Shown here: positions 50,180 to 58,863 of the stretch, piece by piece | Layout of the letters: each line of letters starts with the position of its first letter | Position numbering within the stretch: position 1 is the first letter of the stretch | Assembly (NCBI GenBank): GCA_038245115.1 | Contig: JBBRSS010000002.1 | Span: forward strand, 7,020 to 71,019 | DNA from: Candidatus Saccharimonadia bacterium | GTDB taxonomy: Bacteria; Patescibacteriota; Saccharimonadia; UBA4664 | Direction: 5' to 3' | Length of the DNA stretch: 64,000 nt | Program-made: the position numbers and the translations under genes | The notes under the pieces: generated by a model | Seen by the model: only the letters and a program-made list of their open reading frames with translations | Databases searched by the model: none | What the model was told of the DNA's origin: nothing

Positions 50180-51661
50180 ATGGAATATATGGCAAAGTGG
50201 CTTACCAAATCCGATTACCTGAAGTTTCTGATTCATTCCGCCTATCTGTGGCTGGCTAAGTATGCCAAAGACGAGCTGCCGGAGTTTAACGAAGTGGCGC
50301 AGGCTAATGTTGACCAGGGCAATGCCGTAGAGGCGGTGGCCATAGGCTTGTGGCCGCACGGGCATCTTATCGACGTGTCGATGTTTGACGGCCCCGACGA
50401 AAGCGCCCGCCAAATGCGCCCTGGCGGCCCCGAAGTACTGTTTCAACCCAGCGTCCTGACCGACCGCCGCCTGTATGTGCGCTCGGACGTAATGATTCGG
50501 CGCGGTACGAGCTGGGATTTGTACGAAATTAAAGGCGCTGCTTCGGCCAAAACCGCGCATCTGCTCGATCTGGCTTTTCAGCGCTATGTCTGGGAGGAAG
50601 CCGGCGTTACAATTGGTCGCAGCTTCGTGGTTCACATTAACGCCCAGTATGTGCGCGATGGCGCCATTGATCCCGAGCAACTATTTACCACCGTGGAGGT
50701 CACCGACCAGATCCAGCCGCTGGCCGCCAGCACCGCCGACAAGGTAGCTGAGGCCATGGCAGTAATGAAGCTGCCCGACGCCCCGAACGATGCGCCCGAG
50801 CTGGCGGGGGATTGGTTTGGCTACCGCGATATCTACCGCCACCTGCATACCGATATTCCCGCCGGCAGCGTGCTCAACCTCACCCGGTTGAATCTGGGCC
50901 AGATCAAGGCTCTGGCCCAGCAGGGGATTACCGCCATCGGCGACATCCCGGATGATCTTGACCTCAAACCGCAGCAACAAGCCCAAATAGAAGTAGTTCG
51001 CAGTGGCGTGCCCCACATCCATCACGAGAAAATCAAACACTCCCTCAGCGAATTAGTCTACCCCCTGTACTTTCTAGACTACGAGACCTTTGCCAGCGCC
51101 ATTCCGCTCTACAACGGCGTTCGCCCCTACCAACAATTGCCGTTTCAATATTCGCTGCACATCGTCGAGACCGCCGGCGGACCACTGTTACACAAGGAGT
51201 TTTTGGCGCGGGGAGAGGATTATCCCGTACCCGAGCTCCTGGCTCACATGCAGGCCGATTTTGGCCCCGCCGGCAGCGTAATCGTCTGGAACAAGAGCTT
51301 CGAAATGGGCTGCAACGATGCCATGGCCGCCCTACACCCCGAATTTGCCGATTTTTTGGCCGACGTCAACACTCGCGTCTATGACCTCATGGAGATTTTT
51401 GCCAACGGTTGGTACGCCGACCCTGGTTTTATGGGCAGCGCCAGCATCAAAAAAGTTTTGCCCGTGCTTGTGCCGGAGCTGTCATATAAAGACCTGGGCA
51501 TCGGCGAGGGTATGACCGCCCAAATTCGCTGGATGCGCGCCGCCCGCGGCGAGCTAACAGCCGAAAAAACCCAACAAGTCTATGACGATCTGGTTGAGTA
51601 TTGCGGCCAAGATACCCTGGCGATGGTGAAAATCTACGAGGTTATTCAAGAAGTTATATAG
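50180..51661 (+). CDS. DUF2779-family nuclease (N-terminal PD-(D/E)XK-like + C-terminal DEDD 3'-5' exonuclease-like domain)
   Basis: 'DLYEIKGA' PD-(D/E)XK-like motif. 'YPLYFLDYETF' (DxE) and 'YCGQDTLAMVKIY' (Y..D) exonuclease motifs. Confidence 0.65.
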   Translation: MEYMAKWLTKSDYLKFLIHSAYLWLAKYAKDELPEFNEVAQANVDQGNAVEAVAIGLWPHGHLIDVSMFDGPDESARQMRPGGPEVLFQPSVLTDRRLYVRSDVMIRRGTSWDLYEIKGAASAKTAHLLDLAFQRYVWEEAGVTIGRSFVVHINAQYVRDGAIDPEQLFTTVEVTDQIQPLAASTADKVAEAMAVMKLPDAPNDAPELAGDWFGYRDIYRHLHTDIPAGSVLNLTRLNLGQIKALAQQGITAIGDIPDDLDLKPQQQAQIEVVRSGVPHIHHEKIKHSLSELVYPLYFLDYETFASAIPLYNGVRPYQQLPFQYSLHIVETAGGPLLHKEFLARGEDYPVPELLAHMQADFGPAGSVIVWNKSFEMGCNDAMAALHPEFADFLADVNTRVYDLMEIFANGWYADPGFMGSASIKKVLPVLVPELSYKDLGIGEGMTAQIRWMRAARGELTAEKTQQVYDDLVEYCGQDTLAMVKIYEVIQEVI

Positions 51662-51724
51662 GCGATAAAGACTATCTATGGCAGAATGTTCTTATGCTTA
51701 TAAACTTCTGGCCATCTAGGTAGT

Positions 51725-53161
51725 ATGCAGCCAAACGGCGAACGCAAACTTATTATCAGTTTCCGCCTCGAACACCTGCTGGGGTGGGGGATTACTATTG
51801 CGCTGTGTCTCGTCCCGGCCATAATGTGGGCTCAAATCCACCCTCTCAACCAAATTCGCGGCTTTTCCGGCGTCATGCTCAGCCTCGGTCGGGTCACCGG
51901 CTTGGTCGGACTTGTCCTATACGCCCTGAATCTGGTGTATTCCACCAGGCTACGCTTTCTCGAACCCTTATTTGGCGGCCTCAACCGCGTCTACATCGCT
52001 CACCACATCCTGGGCGGCCTCGCCCTCATTTTGTTGTCATTTCACCCTGTCCTATTATCCCTGCGCTATATCACCAAAATATCCCTATCTTCGCCCTATA
52101 TTGCCGGCTCATTCCATCAGGCCGCCCTGGTTCTATTGCCCAACGGCCTTACGCCCGTTAATGCCCTATTTAACACTCACCTCGACAACCACGCGATTGT
52201 CCTCGAACAATGGGCCCTGCTCTTTGGCATTATCGCCTTCTGGGGCATGGTTGTTCTGTTATTAGTGACGTTCTTCATCAAAATTCCTTACCGCATCTGG
52301 ATAGTGACTCACCGCTTTTTGGGAGCTGCCTTCTTTTTTGCCGGCCTTCACGTACTATTTATTACCAGCGACGTCAGCACCCACCCGGGGCTCAAATACT
52401 ACATTCTTGGCTTTACCGCCATCGGCCTGCTGGCATTTACCTACAAAACGTTATCCGGCAAAATTCTCATCCGTAAACACCGCTACGTCGTTAAGTCCGT
52501 CCAGGTCAACGGCGGCAATGTCACCCAGATAACCATGTCGCCCGAAAACCGCCCCATGATGTACAAAAGCGGCCAATTTATTTTCATTCACTTCCTTAAC
52601 GCCCACGCCCTAGGTATTAGTTCCGAGTGGCACCCGTTCTCGATTTCGTCAGGCTCAAACGATGCTAACCTCCAGGTCAGCATTAAGGGGCTCGGGGACT
52701 TTACCAACAAGTTGGGTGCGCTCAAACCGGGCATTATTGCCGAAGTTGAAGGCGCTTATGGCAAATTTACTTACTCCAACTATCATAATCTCAACCAAAT
52801 CTGGATCGCCGGCGGCATCGGGATTGCCCCGTTCGTCTCGATGGCTCGCAGCCTACCGGCCAGCGGATTTCGGATTGACCTCTATTATTCGGTCAAAACC
52901 ACCAGCGAGATTATCGACTGGCAGACCCTGGTTGATGTCGCCACCGCCACCAAGGGCTACTTTCGAGTCATTCCCTACATTGCCGACCAACAACAAGGCT
53001 ACCTGACCGCCGACTTCATCGAGGCGACAAGCCATGGCCTCACCGGCAAAGATATTTTCATTTGCGGACCGCCCGCAATGATGAAGTCGATGCACAATCA
53101 AATGCGGGCCAAAGCCATCCCTGGAACCAGCATTCATACCGAAGAGTTTGCAATGTCATGA
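51725..53161 (+). CDS. NOX/ferric-reductase (FRE)-type transmembrane flavocytochrome (6 TM bis-heme domain + FAD- and NAD(P)H-binding FNR-like domain)
   Basis: His pairs spaced 13 apart in two helices ('AHHILGGLALILLSFH', 'HRFLGAAFFFAGLH'). 'HPFSISS' FAD motif, 'GGIGIAPF' NAD(P)H motif, C-terminal 'ICGPPAMM'. Confidence 0.8.
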   Translation: MQPNGERKLIISFRLEHLLGWGITIALCLVPAIMWAQIHPLNQIRGFSGVMLSLGRVTGLVGLVLYALNLVYSTRLRFLEPLFGGLNRVYIAHHILGGLALILLSFHPVLLSLRYITKISLSSPYIAGSFHQAALVLLPNGLTPVNALFNTHLDNHAIVLEQWALLFGIIAFWGMVVLLLVTFFIKIPYRIWIVTHRFLGAAFFFAGLHVLFITSDVSTHPGLKYYILGFTAIGLLAFTYKTLSGKILIRKHRYVVKSVQVNGGNVTQITMSPENRPMMYKSGQFIFIHFLNAHALGISSEWHPFSISSGSNDANLQVSIKGLGDFTNKLGALKPGIIAEVEGAYGKFTYSNYHNLNQIWIAGGIGIAPFVSMARSLPASGFRIDLYYSVKTTSEIIDWQTLVDVATATKGYFRVIPYIADQQQGYLTADFIEATSHGLTGKDIFICGPPAMMKSMHNQMRAKAIPGTSIHTEEFAMS

Positions 53162-53176
53162 CTTACGAGGTGATAT

Positions 53177-53935
53177 ATGTGGCTTAAGAAAAGTGTTGGC
53201 TTCGCAATGATTATTACCTGCGTTCTGCTAAACACGCTGGTGCTAATGGGCATATTTATTCCCGATAAGCTGCCGCCCGCCATTGCGCTACCGATTGAGG
53301 CCCCCGTAGCCGTAGTGGTCCCGCCCCCGACGGTAAACCTAGTTGCCACCCCGAGCAGCATCACGGCGGGCGGCTACAGTGCCCTCAGTTGGACGACTGG
53401 CGGCAACGTCTCCGGTTGCACCGCCTCGGGAAATTGGACCGGCTCCAAAACCGCCTTCGGCACCGAAAGCACCGGCCGCATTTCCAAAGCGGGTAACTAT
53501 ACCTACACAATGGAATGCCTCAACAGCGGCGGATCGGTCAAAACCTCAGCCGTTGTTACTGTGGGTAACGCTATTGCTCCGCCCAAAGCTGCCCCCATCA
53601 CGGTTTCAACCGGCGGGACAGTCTATTGCGGCGGCCGCACCCCATGCTACAGCCCCAGAGAAGTCGCCACTCACACTTCCTCCAGCAATTGTTGGGGCTG
53701 GAACCTCGACCGCGTTATTAATCTGTCCGGGTTTGATTCCGGCTTCCACGTTGTTAAAAGTGGCATCAGCTCGATTGCTATTAGTTCGATCTGCGGCAAG
53801 GACCTTTCTTCGTCACTATCCGGTCAGGTGGCTGCCGAAGGCCAAACCCGCAATCACAATGCCACCACCAAGCAAAATGCCGATAACAACATGCGCCCGT
53901 ATTTTGTCGGCTACCTCGACGCCGCTAAACCCTAA
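53177..53935 (+). CDS. TM-anchored surface protein: one Ig-like Cys-pair repeat + degenerate cytochrome b5-like C-terminal domain (paralogue of 55038..57470)
   Basis: N-terminal TM, then a 'SALSWTTGGNVSGCTASGNWTG...YTYTMECLN' repeat. The C-terminal 'NCWGWNLDRVINLSGF' aligns to the b5-like domain of the paralogue, but HPGG is replaced. Confidence 0.55.
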   Translation: MWLKKSVGFAMIITCVLLNTLVLMGIFIPDKLPPAIALPIEAPVAVVVPPPTVNLVATPSSITAGGYSALSWTTGGNVSGCTASGNWTGSKTAFGTESTGRISKAGNYTYTMECLNSGGSVKTSAVVTVGNAIAPPKAAPITVSTGGTVYCGGRTPCYSPREVATHTSSSNCWGWNLDRVINLSGFDSGFHVVKSGISSIAISSICGKDLSSSLSGQVAAEGQTRNHNATTKQNADNNMRPYFVGYLDAAKP

Positions 53936-53947
53936 TCAGGAATCAAC

Positions 53948-54466
53948 ATGAAATTTCCTAAGTTCACCCCCCGCAACCGCCCCGCCGCCACCTATACGGC
54001 CGGCCTGATTATGCTTGGCTTGGCCGCGATCCTGCTGACGCTCACGCTCTTTACTCAACACCAAAACCGCCGAACCAGCCCACCCCAAACCGCCTATGCC
54101 AACGGCCAACTCGTCGCAATGGGCAGTGCTGCCGTCAAAATCAACCGAGTGACCTATAGCGAGGGCAAGGCGACCTTCCCGATTCCGCCGGGCCAACACT
54201 ACGTCATTGTCGACCTATCCGTCGCCAACACCAGCGACAAACCCATCAACATCTTGCCGGCCAGCGATATCTACCTCAAGACCGCTACTGGTGAAGTATC
54301 CTATTTGACCCCCTACGAACTCAACCAACCGTTCCGCGCCGGAGAGCTCTTGCCGGGTGAAACCATTCGCGGACAAATTAGCTATGCCGCGTCAAAAACT
54401 GCCCCAACCAAACTTTACGTCGACGGAATCTGGAGCGGGGGAGTTATTCCGTTCTCGCTGCGTTGA
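53948..54466 (+). CDS. DUF4352-like TM-anchored extracytoplasmic protein
   Basis: N-terminal TM followed by a beta-rich domain ('HYVIVDLSVANTSDKPINILP...YL.TATGE.Y'); paralogous to 54530..55030 and 57485..58045. Confidence 0.55.
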   Translation: MKFPKFTPRNRPAATYTAGLIMLGLAAILLTLTLFTQHQNRRTSPPQTAYANGQLVAMGSAAVKINRVTYSEGKATFPIPPGQHYVIVDLSVANTSDKPINILPASDIYLKTATGEVSYLTPYELNQPFRAGELLPGETIRGQISYAASKTAPTKLYVDGIWSGGVIPFSLR

Positions 54467-54529
54467 ACACCTATACCAGTTATGCTAAAATCCTATCAAT
54501 ATCCGTCATAAGAGTGAAGAAATAATCCG

Positions 54530-55030
54530 ATGACCTTGGCCAAACACGATCATCTCTACAAAGCAGCGCACATCAGTGTCGCCTCATCGGTTGGTGTATT
54601 AATTGTAGCTACTATCATGCTCAATTCGTTTACTACGCCGCACCACGGCAACGTGCTAAGTCAAACAACAGCCGCCAATCGAACGGCTCGCACCGCCGCC
54701 TATGCTCTGACCATTAAGGACGTCACCCAGGCCCCGACCGACTCGGTATCTGGCCTCAAACGCGTTACCGTAGCCTTAAACATCGATAATTTAACCTCGG
54801 ATATCATCCAGATCTCCCCCGGACTCCAGATGTTCCTGCGCACCAGCACCGGCCAACAATATAATCTGACCGCCAAATACCTTGCCCCCGGTATCGACAT
54901 TGGCGGCCCCGTGGCAGCCGGAGCCCAAACATCGCTCAACGTCGACTTTGACCTCCCAGCTAGCTCAACACCTACGACGTTTATATACCAACCAGATGCC
55001 GGCAGCACGCCGAGCCAAATCAAACTCTAG
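54530..55030 (+). CDS. DUF4352-like TM-anchored extracytoplasmic protein
   Basis: Same architecture ('VTVALNIDNLTSDIIQISPGLQMFLRTSTGQQY'). Confidence 0.5.
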   Translation: MTLAKHDHLYKAAHISVASSVGVLIVATIMLNSFTTPHHGNVLSQTTAANRTARTAAYALTIKDVTQAPTDSVSGLKRVTVALNIDNLTSDIIQISPGLQMFLRTSTGQQYNLTAKYLAPGIDIGGPVAAGAQTSLNVDFDLPASSTPTTFIYQPDAGSTPSQIKL

Positions 55031-55037
55031 GATCGTT

Positions 55038-57470
55038 ATGGACCCCGTTGTTATTACCCTCAATGAACCAAGCTCACCGATACCTCTGCCTGGGCCGCCA
55101 AAACTGGGGCCCAAGGGAACGAAATTTTTGCTCGGAATATCTACGGTCATAATTAGCCTCACAATTTTGGCTTTTAGCGTCTACACAGTTCTCGTTAACA
55201 ACCAGAAATTTCGACAATCCACTGGCCTGGCTGTACCCACCCCCATTCAAACTACCGGCAATACCAAAAGCTCGGCCAGCCTACCTGGCGGTGGTATTGC
55301 CGTGGGCACCGGCGGCAATACCGGCACCAATAGTCCTGTTATCACCCTCACGTCTAACCCGGCCTCAGTTGTCGCCGGCGGCAAAGCCACCCTCACCTGG
55401 AGCGTTACCAATAATCCAACCTCATGCACGGCCAGCGATGACTGGTCCGGCACTAAGCCGACCAAAGGCTCCGAACCCACTCCATCGTTGACAATCGTTC
55501 AGACCTACTTGTTTACTCTGACATGCAAAAACGCCACCGGCACCGGATTTGCCACCGTCGGAGTTGGCGCAACAGATCAAGGCGGTAGCGGTACGGCTTC
55601 GCGGCCAATAGTTAGCCTAGCCGCCACCCCTACCTCGCTCTACACCGGCGATAGTTCAACTCTGAGCTGGAGTGTCACCAATAACCCCAGCTCCTGCACC
55701 GCTTCCGGCAACTGGAGCGGCATCAAATCCGGCACCGGCACGGCTAGCACCGGAGCCCTGACCGCCGCCAAAACTTATACCTACACCCTGTCTTGTAGCA
55801 ATTCCGGCGGCAACGGCTATGCTACCGCCACCGTTGCGGTGGTCGACCCGCCGCCCAACTTGCCGATTGTGTCGCTCTCCAGCAACCCGGTAGGACCGGT
55901 CACCCCCGGCACGGCTGTTACCCTCACCTGGGCAGTCACCAATACCCCCAGTTCCTGTATCGCTACGGGCGACTGGACAGGCGCCAAAGCCACCGGCGGC
56001 GGGTCGCAGGCCATGGGCGCTCTGAACACCATCAAGTCCTACACCTACACAATAAGTTGCAGCAACAGCACCGGCAGCACCATAGACACGGCGGTTATCC
56101 AAGTATTACCTAACGCACCCGTAGTCTCACTCTCGGTTAGTCCGAATTCTATATTTGTTGGCGGCACCGCCATTGTCACCTGGAGCGCCACCAATACCCC
56201 CACCTCTTGTACCGCTAGCGGCGATTGGACCGGCGCCAAAGCGGCCAGCGGCAGCGCCGGCACCGGCGCTCTTAATACCGCAAAAACCTACCTGTATAGC
56301 TTATCCTGCACCAACGCTGGCGGTACGGGCTTTGCCAACAACGTCGCCCTCAGCGTCACTGTCCCGCCCGCACCCGTAGTATCACTCTCGGCTAATCCAA
56401 TTTCTATTACTACTGGCGGCAGCTCAACGCTCACCTGGAGCGCCACCAATAACCCCACCTCTTGTACCGCTAGCGGCGATTGGACGGGCGCCAAATCGGC
56501 CAGCGGCACGCAAAACACCGGGGCACTGACTACGGTCAAAACTTATAGCTACTCCCTAGTTTGTAGCAATGCCGGCGGCAGCAATACCGCCAATACCACC
56601 GTAAACGTAGCTTCCGGGACCGCCCCTGCCGTCACGCCGATAGTTACCATCTCGGTATCTCCCGCTAGCATCGGCACCGGCAGCAGTGCCACCTTAAGCT
56701 GGAGCGCCACCAACAACCCCAGCTCGTGTACGGCCTCCGGATCCTGGAGCGGGGCCAAGGCCGGCAGCGGCAGCACCAATACCGGCGCCATGCCAACGGC
56801 TGGGACTTTCACCTATACGCTGGCCTGTAGCAATACCGCCGGGACCAATACAAAATCAGCCGTTCTCACCGTACTTGCCGTACCTGTGGTCAGCATCTCG
56901 GTAGCGCCCGCCTCTATCAACACCGGCAGCGCCGCCACGGTCACCTGGAGCGCCACGGCCAGTCCCACCAGCTGCACCGCCAGCGGTTCGTGGAGCGGTT
57001 CAAAAGCTGCTTCCGGCAGCGTTAGCACCGGAGCCATTGCGAGTGCCGGATCTTACACCTACACATTATCTTGCACCAATACCGGCGGCTCCGGCTCCAA
57101 CTCAGCTACCCTAACCGCCACCAACCCAGCCCCCGTGTACTGTGGCGGCAATACCCCTTGTTACGGCGTCACCGACGTGGCCGGTCATGCATCAGTCGGC
57201 AACTGCTGGGGCTGGAATCTCAACCGAGTCATCAATATCACCGGTTTCCGGCCTAAGCACCCTGGCGGCCAGCAAACCGGATCGCTCGAAAGTGCCACCT
57301 CCAGCTGCAACCGTGACCTTCACGCCATCCTCGTCGGCAGTGCCGCCATTACCGGCTACAAAGACAGCGGCGGCTCGACCACCCACAACCACACCAAGGG
57401 CGGCGCCAACAATACTGCAAGCTCGATTCTTTCCTACCTAGTCGGGTACTGGGACGCAACCAAACCGTAA
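55038..57470 (+). CDS. TM-anchored surface protein with 7 tandem Ig-like Cys-pair repeats and a C-terminal cytochrome b5-like heme-binding domain
   Basis: ATG 55038 follows the upstream stop; the track ORF 54882 is a read-through. N-terminal TM 'FLLGISTVIISLTILAFSVYTVLV'. Seven ~85-aa repeats of the form 'TL(T/S)WS.TN.P(T/S)SCTASG.W(T/S)G.K...YTY(T/S)L.C(T/S)N'. C-terminal 'VTDVAGHASVGNCWGWNLNRVINITGFRPKHPGG...CNRDLHAIL' matches the cyt b5 fold, including HPGG and a second His. Confidence 0.7.
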   Translation: MDPVVITLNEPSSPIPLPGPPKLGPKGTKFLLGISTVIISLTILAFSVYTVLVNNQKFRQSTGLAVPTPIQTTGNTKSSASLPGGGIAVGTGGNTGTNSPVITLTSNPASVVAGGKATLTWSVTNNPTSCTASDDWSGTKPTKGSEPTPSLTIVQTYLFTLTCKNATGTGFATVGVGATDQGGSGTASRPIVSLAATPTSLYTGDSSTLSWSVTNNPSSCTASGNWSGIKSGTGTASTGALTAAKTYTYTLSCSNSGGNGYATATVAVVDPPPNLPIVSLSSNPVGPVTPGTAVTLTWAVTNTPSSCIATGDWTGAKATGGGSQAMGALNTIKSYTYTISCSNSTGSTIDTAVIQVLPNAPVVSLSVSPNSIFVGGTAIVTWSATNTPTSCTASGDWTGAKAASGSAGTGALNTAKTYLYSLSCTNAGGTGFANNVALSVTVPPAPVVSLSANPISITTGGSSTLTWSATNNPTSCTASGDWTGAKSASGTQNTGALTTVKTYSYSLVCSNAGGSNTANTTVNVASGTAPAVTPIVTISVSPASIGTGSSATLSWSATNNPSSCTASGSWSGAKAGSGSTNTGAMPTAGTFTYTLACSNTAGTNTKSAVLTVLAVPVVSISVAPASINTGSAATVTWSATASPTSCTASGSWSGSKAASGSVSTGAIASAGSYTYTLSCTNTGGSGSNSATLTATNPAPVYCGGNTPCYGVTDVAGHASVGNCWGWNLNRVINITGFRPKHPGGQQTGSLESATSSCNRDLHAILVGSAAITGYKDSGGSTTHNHTKGGANNTASSILSYLVGYWDATKP
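55332..57135 (+). repeat. Seven tandem ~255-bp coding repeats (Ig-like modules)
   Basis: Periodic protein repeats with two conserved Cys each; the DNA period is ~255 bp. Confidence 0.7.
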
Positions 57471-57484
57471 TTTAAGGACATATT

Positions 57485-58045
57485 ATGAACAAAATCCACC
57501 ATCGACACTTCCAAATACGAGACCATTTTATGAGCTGGGCCGGAGTGCTTACCGCCTTAATAGTTCTGCTCATTATCAACGCCACCTACATTTCAAGCCG
57601 CATCACACACGACAATCCGCTGCCCACACCACGCATAATTCCAAACTCAAATTATATACTGACCTCACTTCAGACTGACGAAACCAAGGCATATTCACTC
57701 AGCGTTAGCAACGTCACCGAGAATTCCAATTTCGACCCCGCCTTCACAATCGATCCCACCCACACCATGCTGATCATGGATGTTTCAATCACCAACCATT
57801 CGGCCGGCAAACAAGATCTCACTCCGACAACGCAATTCTACGTCCGAGACCGCGAAGGTGACACCTTCGTAATGCACCCTTCGATCCGAATAACGAACCC
57901 GCTTGCGGCAACATCCATTGGGGCTGGCCAAACGGTTAAGGGGCAAATCTCCTTCGACGTTCCCAAAAAACTAGCCCACCCGCTGCTTTACGTTGATTTT
58001 GGCTGGAACGATCTAGCTCCCACCGTTATCGACGTCCTGAAATAG
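57485..58045 (+). CDS. DUF4352-like TM-anchored extracytoplasmic protein
   Basis: 'HTMLIMDVSITNHSAGKQDLTPTTQFYVRDREGDTF'; third paralogue. Confidence 0.5.
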   Translation: MNKIHHRHFQIRDHFMSWAGVLTALIVLLIINATYISSRITHDNPLPTPRIIPNSNYILTSLQTDETKAYSLSVSNVTENSNFDPAFTIDPTHTMLIMDVSITNHSAGKQDLTPTTQFYVRDREGDTFVMHPSIRITNPLAATSIGAGQTVKGQISFDVPKKLAHPLLYVDFGWNDLAPTVIDVLK

Positions 58046-58863
58046 TGACTACTCCCTCGTCATCGACAACCGCCAAGCTAACTGCCCTCCTCGACGAGTT
58101 TAACGGGGACGTTGAGGCCGCCGAACAAGCCTTGCGCGACCTCAACAAATTCAATCAACGAGCACAAACTCCCGACATCGACCGATCCGGCGCCGCTGTC
58201 GTTGTGGCCCTCAAAAATGTCAATCGGGTATACAAACTGGGCCACAATAAAGTGGGGGCGATAAATGATGCCACTCTCGAAATCCGCCAAGGGGAGTTCG
58301 TGGCTATCACCGGCCCCAGCGGTTCCGGCAAAAGCACCCTGCTCAATCTTATCGGCGGACTCGACAAGCCCGACAGCGGATCGGTCCAAGTCGATAACCA
58401 CGACCTCGCCAAACTCAGCGACCGCAAACTATCCGTCTTCCGCAACACTACCGTCGGTTTTGTCTTCCAGTTTTTCTACCTTCAGCCGTTTTTAAGCGTC
58501 CGGACCAACCTGGCCGTACCGGGGATGTTTTCGCACCTACCGCGTGCCCAGCGAGACACTCGCATAACCGAGCTTGCCGAAGCCGTTGGCCTCACCGACC
58601 GCCTGGATCACTTGCCCAAAGAACTCTCCGGCGGCCAAATGCAGCGCGCCGCCATAGCCCGCGCCCTGCTCAATCGGCCCAAGATAATTCTGGCCGACGA
58701 ACCCACCGGCAATGTCGACCGGGCCAACGCCCGAGCCATTATCGACCTCTTCTCCAAGGTCCGTGACACCTACGACACCACTGTCATCATCGTTACGCAT
58801 GATCCGGAAGTCGCCTCGCAGGCCGACCGCACTATCGCACTAAGAGACGGGAAAATTATCTAA
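58045..58863 (+). CDS. ABC transporter ATP-binding protein (MacB/LolD-like) with ~55-aa N-terminal extension
   Basis: '[12 protein letters not shown]', '[15 protein letters not shown]', '[11 protein letters not shown]'. GTG start overlaps the upstream stop. Confidence 0.85.
   Translation: MTTPSSSTTAKLTALLDEFNGDVEAAEQALRDLNKFNQRAQTPDIDRSGAAVVVALKNVNRVYKLGHNKVGAINDATLEIRQGEFVAITGPSGSGKSTLLNLIGGLDKPDSGSVQVDNHDLAKLSDRKLSVFRNTTVGFVFQFFYLQPFLSVRTNLAVPGMFSHLPRAQRDTRITELAEAVGLTDRLDHLPKELSGGQMQRAAIARALLNRPKIILADEPTGNVDRANARAIIDLFSKVRDTYDTTVIIVTHDPEVASQADRTIALRDGKII

Noticed and set aside
55247-57037. Chain of minus-strand ORFs across the 255-bp repeat array
   Set aside because: Repeat-induced shadows, periodic with the + strand Ig-like modules.
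55332-57135. CRISPR array
   Set aside because: The only regular repeats in the window are 255-bp in-frame coding repeats with no short direct-repeat/spacer structure and no cas genes.
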